The notes under the pieces are model-generated. The model did no database searches. It saw nothing but the letters and a program-made list of their open reading frames with translations, and had not been told where the DNA came from. Source: Clostridia bacterium (lineage in GTDB: Bacteria > Bacillota > Clostridia > TANB77 > CAG-508). Taken from it: DNA of 64,000 nt. The DNA lies in the NCBI GenBank assembly GCA_900770385.1, contig CAAGKK010000044.1, positions 23,149-87,148 on the forward strand, in the 5' to 3' direction. Numbering within the stretch: the first letter of the stretch is position 1; the number at the start of each line of letters is the position of its first letter. Positions 1-9,126 of this stretch are shown one piece after another. The translations under genes were made by a program, and so were the position numbers.

Positions 1-1
1 A

Positions 2-991
2 CAAGATATAGGAATAGATTTAGGAACAGCTACAGTAATTGCATATATAAAAGGAAAAGGAATTGTATTAAGAGAACCATCTGTAGTTGCTGTAGATAAT
101 AACACAGGAGATGTATTAGCAGTAGGGCAAGAAGCTAGAAGAATGCTAGGAAGAACACCAGGAAATATTGTTGCTACAAGACCATTAAAAGATGGAGTAA
201 TATCAGACTATACTGTAACAGAAAAAATGTTAAAGTATTTTATAAACAAAATAGGAGGAAAATCTGTTTTTGCACCTAGAATCATGATATGCATACCTTC
301 ACAAGTTACAGAAGTAGAAAAAAAAGCAGTTATAGATGCTGCTTCTCAAGCAGGTGCTAGAAAAGTATTTTTAATAGAAGAACCAATAGCAGCAGCAATC
401 GGTGCAGGTATAGATATTGCAAAACCATGTGGAAATATGATTGTAGATATAGGCGGAGGTACAACAGATATTGCAGTTATATCATTAGGCGGATCAGTAG
501 TCAGTTCTTCTATAAAAGTGGCAGGAGATAAATTTGACGAAGCAATAGTTAAATATATAAAAAGAAAACACAATGTAATTATAGGAGATAGAACAGCAGA
601 AGAATTAAAAGTAAATATTGGTTGTGTATATCCTAAGATACAAGATGTAGAAATGGATGTTAGAGGTAGAGACTTAGGAACAGGACTTCCTAGAACATTA
701 ACTATTTCTTCTAGTGAAATGATGGAAGCATTACTTGAAACAGCAATGATGATAGTAGATGCAGTTCATGGAGTATTAGAAAAAACACCACCAGAACTTG
801 CAGCTGATATAAGTGATAAAGGTATATATATGACAGGAGGAGGAAGTCTTTTAGACGGGCTAGATAAATTACTACAAGAAAAAACAGGTATCAATGTTAT
901 GATAGCACAAGACACTGTTTCATGTGTAGCTTTAGGAACAGGAAAAGCATTAGATAATTTAGATACATTAGATGGAAGAATGAGAAAATAA
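2..991 (+). CDS. mreB: Rod shape-determining protein MreB (5' end lies upstream of window)
   Basis: Frame open from nt 2 (QDIGIDLGTATVIAYIKGKGIVLREPSVVAV...) and continuous with tracked ORF 143..991; actin-fold motifs DLGT, DIGGGTTD, MTGGGS. Confidence 0.93.
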   Translation, partial: QDIGIDLGTATVIAYIKGKGIVLREPSVVAVDNNTGDVLAVGQEARRMLGRTPGNIVATRPLKDGVISDYTVTEKMLKYFINKIGGKSVFAPRIMICIPSQVTEVEKKAVIDAASQAGARKVFLIEEPIAAAIGAGIDIAKPCGNMIVDIGGGTTDIAVISLGGSVVSSSIKVAGDKFDEAIVKYIKRKHNVIIGDRTAEELKVNIGCVYPKIQDVEMDVRGRDLGTGLPRTLTISSSEMMEALLETAMMIVDAVHGVLEKTPPELAADISDKGIYMTGGGSLLDGLDKLLQEKTGINVMIAQDTVSCVALGTGKALDNLDTLDGRMRK

Positions 992-1010
992 TTAAAATTA
1001 TTTATATACT

Positions 1011-1049
1011 ACAAAATATGGGATGAGTTTTTGCTCACCCATATTTTGT
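1011..1049 (+). terminator. Hairpin after mreB
   Basis: ACAAAATATGGG (1011-1022) pairs with CCCATATTTTGT (1038-1049); inner TGAG/CTCA pairs. Confidence 0.6.
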
Positions 1050-1096
1050 ATAAATGAAAAGGAAATAAGAAATGGAAAATAAAACACAAAAAACAA

Positions 1097-2380
1097 TTGC
1101 ATTTTGTACATTACGGATGCAAAGTAAACCAATACGAAACAAATGCAATGGAACAAAAATTTATACAAGCTGGTTATAAAATAGTTAAATTTAATGAAAA
1201 AGCAGATATATATGTAATAAATACATGCACAGTAACTAATATGTCAGATAAAAAATCTAGACAAATGATAAGAAAAGCAAAACAATTAAATAAAGATGCA
1301 ATTGTTGTAGCTGTTGGATGCTATGTACAAACTGCTAAGGAGAAACTAGAAAACATAGAAGAATTGGACTTAATACTTGGAAACAACGAGAAAAAAGATA
1401 TAGTAAAATATGTTGAAGAACATAAAAACGGTACAAAACAAATTAAGTATAATGATGTTTTACATCAAGAAGAATATGATGAATATGGATTTGTAACACA
1501 TATTGAACAAACAAGGGCAATTGTAAAAATTCAAGATGGATGTGATAGGTTTTGTTCATATTGTGCAATACCATATGCAAGAGGAAGAGTTAGAAGCAGA
1601 AAAATAGAAAACATAATAGAAGAAATAACTAAACTTGCATTAGATGGAATAAAAGAAGTGGTTATTACTGGAATACATATTGCATCATATGGAAAAGACT
1701 TAAAAGAAGATATCACTTTAATAGATGTGTTGGAAAAAATAAATGAAATTGATGGAATAAAAAGAATAAGATTGGGTTCTTTAGAACCTACAATTATAAC
1801 AAAAGATTTTTTACAAAGACTTAGCAAATTAGACAAAATATGTCATCATTTTCATTTATCACTTCAAAGCGGGTGCAATGAAACATTGCAAAGAATGAAC
1901 AGAAAATATACAACAGAAGAATTTAAAAATGTTGTGGAAATGCTAAGAGAAACATATGAAGATGTAATGTTAACAACAGATATCATAGTAGGATTTCCAG
2001 GTGAAACAGAAGAAGAATTCGAAAAAACTTATAATTTTCTTAGTGATATTAATTTTTATAAAATGCATGTTTTTAAATATTCAAAAAGAAATGGAACCAA
2101 AGCAGCTTTGATGCCAAATCAAGTTTCACCTATATTGCAAGAGCAAAGAAGTAAAAAATTAATTGAACTTTCAAAAGAAAACCAAGATAAATATAACAGT
2201 GAATATATAGGAAAAGAAGTAACAGTACTATTTGAAGAGGAAAATGGAGAATACATAAAGGGACATACAGCTAATTATTTGGTTGTAAATATAAAAGGAA
2301 ATATAGCAAAATTGCATAATGAAATTGTTAAAGTTAAGATAACTAGCATATTAGGCGAAGAATTAATAGGAATAATGTAA
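1097..2380 (+). CDS. mtaB: MtaB/MiaB-like radical-SAM tRNA methylthiotransferase (5' end apparently frameshifted; SD-preceded ATG at 1072 is in another frame)
   Basis: GCKVNQYE N-terminal MTTase motif, radical-SAM CDRFCSYC, TRAM-like C-terminus; see finding on 1072-1120. Confidence 0.85.
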   Translation: MHFVHYGCKVNQYETNAMEQKFIQAGYKIVKFNEKADIYVINTCTVTNMSDKKSRQMIRKAKQLNKDAIVVAVGCYVQTAKEKLENIEELDLILGNNEKKDIVKYVEEHKNGTKQIKYNDVLHQEEYDEYGFVTHIEQTRAIVKIQDGCDRFCSYCAIPYARGRVRSRKIENIIEEITKLALDGIKEVVITGIHIASYGKDLKEDITLIDVLEKINEIDGIKRIRLGSLEPTIITKDFLQRLSKLDKICHHFHLSLQSGCNETLQRMNRKYTTEEFKNVVEMLRETYEDVMLTTDIIVGFPGETEEEFEKTYNFLSDINFYKMHVFKYSKRNGTKAALMPNQVSPILQEQRSKKLIELSKENQDKYNSEYIGKEVTVLFEEENGEYIKGHTANYLVVNIKGNIAKLHNEIVKVKITSILGEELIGIM

Positions 2381-2424
2381 TATAAATGTAACCAAATTGT
2401 AACAAACATTTAACACAAAAACTA

Positions 2425-2453
2425 TTGAAAAAAGTGGAGTTTTGTAATATAAA
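2425..2453 (+). promoter_or_regulatory. Sigma-A type promoter
   Basis: TTGAAA (2425-2430), 17-nt spacer, TATAAA (2448-2453). Confidence 0.5.
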
Positions 2454-2499
2454 TATATCAACACAGTATAATAAATATTACTAAAGAGGAGGAAGAAAT

Positions 2500-2757
2500 A
2501 TGAGCGATATGTTTAAACCAGTTGAAACAACTTTACCAGTAAAACAAAGTTTTTGGGGAAATTTCAAAGCATTTTGGTTACAAGAAGTAGATATAGAATT
2601 AACACCAAAACAACAAAAAATAGAAAAAGAAATTAATGAATTCTTATATCAAGAAGTTACATGGCAAAAAATACATGATTTCTTATTTCAAGAAGTTACA
2701 TTTGGAAAAAAGAAACAACAAGAACAACCAGTGCAAGAAACTATAGTAAATGAATAA
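2500..2757 (+). CDS. Small hypothetical protein (85 aa) with three F-x-x-QEV motifs
   Basis: Strong SD AGAGGAGGA 6 nt before ATG; own promoter and terminator; FWLQEVD / FLYQEVT / FLFQEVT repeats. Confidence 0.6.
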   Translation: MSDMFKPVETTLPVKQSFWGNFKAFWLQEVDIELTPKQQKIEKEINEFLYQEVTWQKIHDFLFQEVTFGKKKQQEQPVQETIVNE

Positions 2758-2767
2758 AAATTTAAAA

Positions 2768-2793
2768 AGAATACTTTACAAGTATTCTTTTTT
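2768..2793 (+). terminator. Rho-independent terminator
   Basis: AGAATACTT / AAGTATTCT stem followed by a T-run. Confidence 0.75.
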
Positions 2794-2872
2794 GATATAA
2801 AATAATATAGTCTTAGAAAGACTGTATTATTTACGGATACACATTTTAATTGTATCGGGAATGGAGGAAATT

Positions 2873-3889
2873 ATGGCAGTTAAAGTTGCTATTAATGGTT
2901 TTGGACGCATAGGTCGTCTTGCATTTAGACAAATGTTTGGAGCAGAAGGATATGAAATCGTTGCAATAAACGATTTAACTAGTCCTAAAATGTTAGCTCA
3001 CTTATTAAAATATGACTCAGCACAAAAAAGATATGAAAAAGCTGATACAGTAGTTGCAGGAGAAGATTCAATTACTGTAGATGGTAAAACTATAAAAATA
3101 TATGCTGAAAAGGATGCAAACAATTTACCTTGGGGAGAAATAGGAGTAGATGTTGTTTTAGAGTGTACAGGATTTTACACAACTAAAGAAAAAGCAACAG
3201 CACATATAAATGCAGGTGCAAAAAAAGTAGTTATATCAGCACCAGCTGGTAAAGATCTACCAACAATAGTATATGGAGTAAACGAGAAAATTTTAACACC
3301 AGATGATAAAATTATTTCAGCAGCTTCTTGTACTACAAACTGTTTAGCACCAATGACAAAAGCACTAAATGATTTCGCACCAATTCAATCAGGAATAATG
3401 ACTACAGTTCATGCTTATACAGGAGATCAAATGCTACTTGATGGACCACACAGAAAAGAAGATTTAAGAAGAGCAAGAGCAGCTGCAGTAAATATTGTTC
3501 CAAATTCAACAGGTGCTGCAAAAGCAATAGGATTAGTTATACCAGAACTAAATGGAAAATTAATAGGATCAGCACAAAGAGTTCCAGTTCCAACAGGTTC
3601 TACAACAATATTAATAGCTGTTGTTAAAGGCGAAGATATAACAGTAGAAAAAATAAATGCTGCTATGAAATCACAAGAAAGTGCATCATTTGGATATACA
3701 GAAGAACCTTTAGTATCTTCAGATATTATAGGTATAACATATGGATCATTATTTGATGCTACACAAACAATGGTAACAAAAATAGATGAAGGTTTATATC
3801 AAGTTCAAGTTGTTTCTTGGTATGATAACGAAAATTCATATACTAGCCAAATGGTTAGAACTATAAAATATTTTGCTGAACTAGGCTAG
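2873..3889 (+). CDS. gap: Glyceraldehyde-3-phosphate dehydrogenase (type I)
   Basis: [24 protein letters not shown] active site; GGAGGA SD before ATG 2873 (tracked ORF starts 12 nt earlier). Confidence 0.95.
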   Translation: MAVKVAINGFGRIGRLAFRQMFGAEGYEIVAINDLTSPKMLAHLLKYDSAQKRYEKADTVVAGEDSITVDGKTIKIYAEKDANNLPWGEIGVDVVLECTGFYTTKEKATAHINAGAKKVVISAPAGKDLPTIVYGVNEKILTPDDKIISAASCTTNCLAPMTKALNDFAPIQSGIMTTVHAYTGDQMLLDGPHRKEDLRRARAAAVNIVPNSTGAAKAIGLVIPELNGKLIGSAQRVPVPTGSTTILIAVVKGEDITVEKINAAMKSQESASFGYTEEPLVSSDIIGITYGSLFDATQTMVTKIDEGLYQVQVVSWYDNENSYTSQMVRTIKYFAELG

Positions 3890-4002
3890 AAATAAATGTT
3901 AAAAATATAAAAGAGAATGGGGGTTGGAGTTTCGTGTTTGGATTTTTATATTTAATGTTTTGAATTATATCAAAACACAAAATACCAAATACTAAATTCT
4001 GA

Positions 4003-4038
4003 CCTCCAATTTTATATAAATAAAATTGGAGGTTTTTT
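4003..4038 (+). terminator. gap-pgk intergenic terminator/attenuator hairpin that contains the pgk SD
   Basis: CCTCCAATTTTA (4003-4014) pairs with TAAAATTGGAGG (4021-4032), then TTTTTT; GGAGG 4028-4032 is the SD for ATG 4041. Confidence 0.7.
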
Positions 4039-4040
4039 AA

Positions 4041-5225
4041 ATGAATAAAAAGACAGTTAGAGATATTGATGTTAATGGAAAAAAAGTATTAGTTAGATGT
4101 GATTTTAATGTTCCACAAACAGAAGATGGAACTATTACAGACAATAGAAGAATAGTATCAGCACTAGATACTATAAAATATTTAATAGAACATAATGCAA
4201 AAGTTATATTATGCTCTCACTTAGGAAGGCCAAAAGGAGAATTTAAAAAAGAATTTTCACTAGCACCAATAGCAAAAGAATTATCAAAATTATTAGGAAA
4301 AGAAGTAAAACTTGCTAAAGATGTTATAGGAGAAGATGCAAAAGAATTAACAAATAATATGCAAAATGGAGATGTTGTTCTTCTAGAAAATGTTAGATTT
4401 CATAGAGAAGAAACAGATAATGATCCAGAATTTGCTAAGAAACTTGCATCACTTGCAGATATATATGTAAATGATGCATTTGGAACAGCACATAGAGCAC
4501 ATGCTTCTACTGCTGGAGTTGCAGCATATTTACCAGCAGTTTCAGGATTTCTAATTGAAAAAGAAATTAATTTTATGGGAGACGCATTAGAAAACCCAGA
4601 AAGACCATTTATGGCTATATTAGGAGGAAAAAAAGTTTCTGATAAAATTGGTGTTATTGAAAGTTTATTAGAAAAAGTAGATACTCTTTTAATAGGTGGA
4701 GCTATGGCATATACATTCTTTAAATCAATGGGATATGGAGTAGGAAATTCTATTTGCGAATTAGATAAATTAGATTTAGCACAAGATATAATGAAAAAAG
4801 CAAAAGAAAAAGGTGTTAAATTAATGTTACCAGTAGATACAAAAGTTGGTAAAGAATTTAAACCAGATACAGAAAGTAAAGTAGTAAAATTTAGTGAAAT
4901 TCCTGATGGATGGGAAGGATTTGATATCGGACCAGAAACAATTAAGATGTATGTTGAAGAATTACAAAAAGCAAAAACCGTTGTATGGAATGGACCTTTA
5001 GGATTATCTGAATTTGAACAATTTGCAACAGGAACAGACACAATTGCTAAAATGCTATCAGAGTCAGATGCAATAACAATTATAGGTGGAGGAGATTCTG
5101 CAGCAGCAATTGAAAGAATGGGTCTTTCAGATAAATTTTCACACATTTCAACAGGTGGTGGAGCATCATTAGAATTCTTAGAAGGAAAAAAACTTCCAGG
5201 AATAGAATGTTTATTAGATAAATAA
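4041..5225 (+). CDS. pgk: Phosphoglycerate kinase
   Basis: [27 protein letters not shown] motifs. Confidence 0.95.
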   Translation: MNKKTVRDIDVNGKKVLVRCDFNVPQTEDGTITDNRRIVSALDTIKYLIEHNAKVILCSHLGRPKGEFKKEFSLAPIAKELSKLLGKEVKLAKDVIGEDAKELTNNMQNGDVVLLENVRFHREETDNDPEFAKKLASLADIYVNDAFGTAHRAHASTAGVAAYLPAVSGFLIEKEINFMGDALENPERPFMAILGGKKVSDKIGVIESLLEKVDTLLIGGAMAYTFFKSMGYGVGNSICELDKLDLAQDIMKKAKEKGVKLMLPVDTKVGKEFKPDTESKVVKFSEIPDGWEGFDIGPETIKMYVEELQKAKTVVWNGPLGLSEFEQFATGTDTIAKMLSESDAITIIGGGDSAAAIERMGLSDKFSHISTGGGASLEFLEGKKLPGIECLLDK

Positions 5226-5230
5226 AAATT

Positions 5231-5292
5231 AAAAATGAATAATATACATGTAGGGGCGGAACCCTGTGTCCGCCCCTGCTACGAAGAAATAC
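5231..5292 (+). repeat. GC-rich hairpin repeat, copy A
   Basis: AAAAATGAATAATATACATGTA-GGGGCGGA-ACCCTGTG-TCCGCCCC-TGCTACGAAGAAATAC; starts 6 nt after the pgk stop. Confidence 0.85.
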
Positions 5293-5314
5293 TAAATATT
5301 ATAGGAGGTCTAAA

Positions 5315-6064
5315 ATGAGAAAAAAAGTAATAGCTGGGAACTGGAAGATGAACATGCTTCCAAATGAAACTATAGAATATATAGAAAAATTTGAAAAGCT
5401 AGTAAAAGATACACAAAATGAAGTTATATTGTGTGTACCATATACTGATTTATTTTATGCTTTACTTTCAGCACAAAACACAAACATTAAAATAGGTGCA
5501 CAAAATATGCACTTTGCAGAAAATGGAGCATACACTGGAGAAGTTTCAGGTAAAATGCTTAAATCAATAGGAGTAGAATATGTAATTATAGGTCACTCAG
5601 AAAGAAGACAATATTTTAATGAAACAGACGAAACTGTTAACAAAAAAATAAAAGCAGCATTTGAAAATGAATTAAAACCAATAGTTTGTGTAGGTGAAAC
5701 TTTAGAACAAAGAGAAGCTGGTAAAACAGCAGAAATTATAACAACCCAAACTAAATTAGCTCTAGATGGACTTAGCAATGAACAAGTAAAAAATACAATT
5801 ATAGCATATGAACCAATATGGGCTATTGGAACTGGAAAAACAGCTACTTCAGAAGATGCTAATAATAGTATAAAAGAAATAAGAAAAGAAATTGAAAAAA
5901 TATATGGAAAAGATATAGCAGAATGTGTTATAATACAATACGGCGGTAGCGTAAAATCATCAAATGCAAAAGAACTTTTTGAAACATCAGACATAGATGG
6001 CGGATTAGTTGGTGGTGCAAGTTTAAAGCCAGATGAGTTTGCAAAAATTGTAAACAGTATTTAG
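5315..6064 (+). CDS. tpiA: Triosephosphate isomerase
   Basis: AGNWKMN, IIGHSERR, AYEPIWAIGTG motifs. Confidence 0.95.
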   Translation: MRKKVIAGNWKMNMLPNETIEYIEKFEKLVKDTQNEVILCVPYTDLFYALLSAQNTNIKIGAQNMHFAENGAYTGEVSGKMLKSIGVEYVIIGHSERRQYFNETDETVNKKIKAAFENELKPIVCVGETLEQREAGKTAEIITTQTKLALDGLSNEQVKNTIIAYEPIWAIGTGKTATSEDANNSIKEIRKEIEKIYGKDIAECVIIQYGGSVKSSNAKELFETSDIDGGLVGGASLKPDEFAKIVNSI

Positions 6065-6085
6065 AAAAGAGGGAAAAAAACAAAA

Positions 6086-7615
6086 ATGGACAAAAAACTA
6101 ACAATGCTAATGATATTAGATGGGTTTGGAAAAAATCCAAATAAAGAAGGTAATGCAATAGAGTTAGCAAACACACCTAATATTGATGAACTAATGAAAA
6201 AAAATCCAACTACAACTATCTACACAAGTGGATTAGCAGTAGGATTACCAGAAGGACAAATGGGAAATTCAGAAGTTGGACATACAAATATTGGGGCAGG
6301 TAGAATAGTATACCAAGAATTAACTAGAATTACAAAATCAATAGAAGATGGAGATTTCTTTAGTAACCAAGAATTAGTTGCGGCTATAGAAAACTGCCAA
6401 AAAAATAATTCAAAATTGCATATAATGGGTCTTTTATCAGATGGAGGAGTTCATAGCCATATGCGTCATCTTTTTGCAGTATTAGAACTTGCAAAAAGAA
6501 AAGGTTTTGAAGATGTTTATGTGCATTGCTTTTTAGACGGAAGAGATACTCCACCAGCATCAGCAGAAGGATATATATTAAAATTAGAAGAAAAAATGAA
6601 AGAAAAAGGTGTTGGTAAAATAGCAACAATAGCAGGTAGATTCTATGCAATGGATAGAGATAAAAGGTGGCAAAGAGTTCAAAAAGCTTATGATGCTATG
6701 GTTAAAGGAGAAGGAGTAAAAGCAACATCAGCAGAAATGGCAATAGAAGCATCTTATCAAAAAGAAGTTTTTGATGAATTTGTTGAACCAACAGTTATAT
6801 ATAGTGGAGATAAACCAATTGCTAAAATAGAAAATAATGATTCTGTAATATTCTTTAATTTTAGACCAGATAGAGCAAGAGAAATTACAAGAACATTAGT
6901 AGACAAAGACTTTTCAGATTTTGAAACAGAAAAATTAAATTTATATTTTGTTTGTTTTACTCAATATGACGAAACAATGCCAAATGTGCACATTGCATTT
7001 AAACCAACAGTATTAAAAAATACTTTTGGAGAATATATAAGTAATAATGGATTAACACAATTAAGAATTGCTGAAACAGAAAAATATGCACATGTAACAT
7101 TCTTCTTTAATGGTGGAAATGAAAAACAATACCCAGGAGAAGATAGAATTTTAGTACCATCTCCAAAAGTAGAAACATATGACATGAAACCAGAAATGAG
7201 TGCATATGAAGTAACAGAAAAAGTATTAGAACAAATAGAAAATGAAAAATATAATGCAATAATATTAAATTTTGCAAATCCAGATATGGTAGGACATACA
7301 GGAAGCCTAGATGCAGCAATTAAAGCAGTAGAAGCAATTGATGAATGTGTAGGAAAAATAGTAAAAGCTGTAGAAAAAGTAAATGGAGTATTACTAATTA
7401 CAGCAGACCATGGAAATGCAGAACAAATGATAGATTATAAAACAGGTGAGCCACATACAGCTCATACTACAAATCCTGTTCCATTAATATTAGTTGGTAT
7501 GGAAGATATAAAACTAAAAGAAGGAAAACTTGCAGATTTAGCACCAACAATGTTAGATATAATGGGCTTAGCAAAACCAGAAGAAATGACAGGAGAATCT
7601 TTAATAGAAAAATAG
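6086..7615 (+). CDS. gpmI: 2,3-bisphosphoglycerate-independent phosphoglycerate mutase
   Basis: ILDGFG, GNSEVGH, ADHGNAE motifs; 509 aa. Confidence 0.95.
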   Translation: MDKKLTMLMILDGFGKNPNKEGNAIELANTPNIDELMKKNPTTTIYTSGLAVGLPEGQMGNSEVGHTNIGAGRIVYQELTRITKSIEDGDFFSNQELVAAIENCQKNNSKLHIMGLLSDGGVHSHMRHLFAVLELAKRKGFEDVYVHCFLDGRDTPPASAEGYILKLEEKMKEKGVGKIATIAGRFYAMDRDKRWQRVQKAYDAMVKGEGVKATSAEMAIEASYQKEVFDEFVEPTVIYSGDKPIAKIENNDSVIFFNFRPDRAREITRTLVDKDFSDFETEKLNLYFVCFTQYDETMPNVHIAFKPTVLKNTFGEYISNNGLTQLRIAETEKYAHVTFFFNGGNEKQYPGEDRILVPSPKVETYDMKPEMSAYEVTEKVLEQIENEKYNAIILNFANPDMVGHTGSLDAAIKAVEAIDECVGKIVKAVEKVNGVLLITADHGNAEQMIDYKTGEPHTAHTTNPVPLILVGMEDIKLKEGKLADLAPTMLDIMGLAKPEEMTGESLIEK

Positions 7616-7638
7616 TAAATATAATAAGAGGATAAAAA

Positions 7639-8304
7639 GTGGTAGTTCATTCTAAAATAAGAGATATTTATACTCAAATACAAAGTGAGTTATTTTATAT
7701 GATTCCAGAAAAGTGGGATAGAGTTTATCTCTATTCCTCTGTATTAGAGCACCCAAATCATACAGAAACTGGAGAAATGTTTTTTTATTATGTACCTAAA
7801 GGGGTATTAAAAAAGAATCCAGTAAATGTTTATGAAATACCAACAAAATTTAATATTGATGAAGATCAATATTATAAACTTGCAGATAAATTATATTCAG
7901 AAATAAAAAAATTAAGAAATACTTGTATAAAACTAGGAGAAGAAAAGTGGTACAGCATTGTTATTTCTATTGCAAATTTTAAATTTAATGTAGAATACAA
8001 TTATGAAGATTTAAATGACTCTAAATTTGATAGTTATGAAAGACATATTATTTTTAGATATAAATATTTAGACTTTCCATATTCTAGTTATACAAAACAA
8101 GAAAAAAATGTTATACAAGAATATTTACAAGAAAGTAAATACAACAAAGAAAATGTAAAAGTATATACAGAACCTATGTATGAAGCTCCATTTCAAACTA
8201 TAAAAATAAACAGCAAGAATAGTAATATTCAGTATGTAAAAGAGGATGAAATGAAAGCTATGCAAGATGAGAAAAGTATAAAAAATCAAATATTAAAGTA
8301 TTAA
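7639..8304 (+). CDS. YezG/DUF600-family immunity-like protein with ~90 aa C-terminal extension
   Basis: IPEKWDRVYLYSSV...EMFFYYVPKG...YEIP...EEKWYSIVISIANFKFNVEYNYEDL...YERHIIFRYKYL follows the DUF600 pattern; GTG start with AAGAGGA SD, 23 nt after gpmI. Confidence 0.6.
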   Translation: MVVHSKIRDIYTQIQSELFYMIPEKWDRVYLYSSVLEHPNHTETGEMFFYYVPKGVLKKNPVNVYEIPTKFNIDEDQYYKLADKLYSEIKKLRNTCIKLGEEKWYSIVISIANFKFNVEYNYEDLNDSKFDSYERHIIFRYKYLDFPYSSYTKQEKNVIQEYLQESKYNKENVKVYTEPMYEAPFQTIKINSKNSNIQYVKEDEMKAMQDEKSIKNQILKY

Positions 8305-8356
8305 AATGTTATTAATAAATATATTAATATAAACAAAATTGAAAGGAGCAATCAAA

Positions 8357-9049
8357 ATGATTTATTCAAGAGAAGTAGAAAATATGTGTCCAGTAGCAAA
8401 AGGAGTAGACCATGGAACAGCACCAATACCAGAAGAAGGTAAATGGGTAAAAGCAAAGGAAATAAAAGATATTTCTGGTTTTACACATGGAATTGGTTGG
8501 TGTGCACCACAACAAGGAGCTTGTAAATTAACATTAAATATAAAGGAAGGAATAATACAAGAAGCTTTAGTTGAAACAATAGGATGTAGTGGAATGACAC
8601 ATTCTGCAGCTATGGCTGGTGAAATATTAGTTGGAAAAACAATATTAGAAGCATTAAATACAGATTTAGTGTGTGATGCAATAAATACTGCTATGAGAGA
8701 ATTATTCTTACAAATAGTATATGGTAGAAGTCAATCAGCTTTTTCAGAAGGAGGACTTTCTATAGGAGCAGGATTAGAAGATTTAGGAAAAGGACATAGA
8801 AGCCAAGTTGGAACAATTTATAGCACAGCTATAAAAGGACCAAGATATCTAGAACTTGCAGAAGGATATATAACAGATATAGCTTTAGATAAAGATGACC
8901 AAATAATAGGTTATAAATATGTAAACTTAGGAAAAATGATGGATAATATTAAAGCAGGTCTAGATCCAATGGAAGCAATAGAAAAAGCTTCAGGAAAATA
9001 TGGAAGATTTGACGAGGCAGTTAAGGTTATTGATCCTCGTAAAGAATAA
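8357..9049 (+). CDS. NifU/IscU-N-like scaffold-like protein (usual partner of GGGtGRT proteins)
   Basis: Cys-containing segments CPVAKG, GWCAPQQGACKL, IGCSGMTHSAAMAGE; AAAGGAG SD before ATG 8357 (tracked ORF starts at TTG 8339). Confidence 0.55.
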   Translation: MIYSREVENMCPVAKGVDHGTAPIPEEGKWVKAKEIKDISGFTHGIGWCAPQQGACKLTLNIKEGIIQEALVETIGCSGMTHSAAMAGEILVGKTILEALNTDLVCDAINTAMRELFLQIVYGRSQSAFSEGGLSIGAGLEDLGKGHRSQVGTIYSTAIKGPRYLELAEGYITDIALDKDDQIIGYKYVNLGKMMDNIKAGLDPMEAIEKASGKYGRFDEAVKVIDPRKE

Positions 9050-9126
9050 AACTAAAAACAAATTTTGCTTTGTTAGAAAATAATAGATAAAGAAATACTG
9101 AATTGAAATTAAGGAGGAATAAAATT

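Noticed and set aside
4400-5146. Long antisense ORFs nested inside confidently identified genes. This one lies inside pgk. Others are at 17081..17614, 23970..24425, 12026..12469, 40994..41494, 41380..41892, 48089..48643, 56664..57116, 61482..61862, 31336..31701 and 9735..10070.
   Set aside because: Their translations are low-complexity and rich in S, I, F and L. None has an SD. Each lies opposite a gene with clear family motifs. This is the expected mirror-frame artefact of A-rich codon usage in an AT-rich genome.
5235-5318. Calling the 20-27 codon ORFs carried by GC-repeat copies A, B and C as real peptide genes
   Set aside because: None has an SD. Copy B loses the shared frame near its 3' end. 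Copies D, E and F lack the ATG head or are degenerate. I kept this only as an observation within the findings, not as CDS features.
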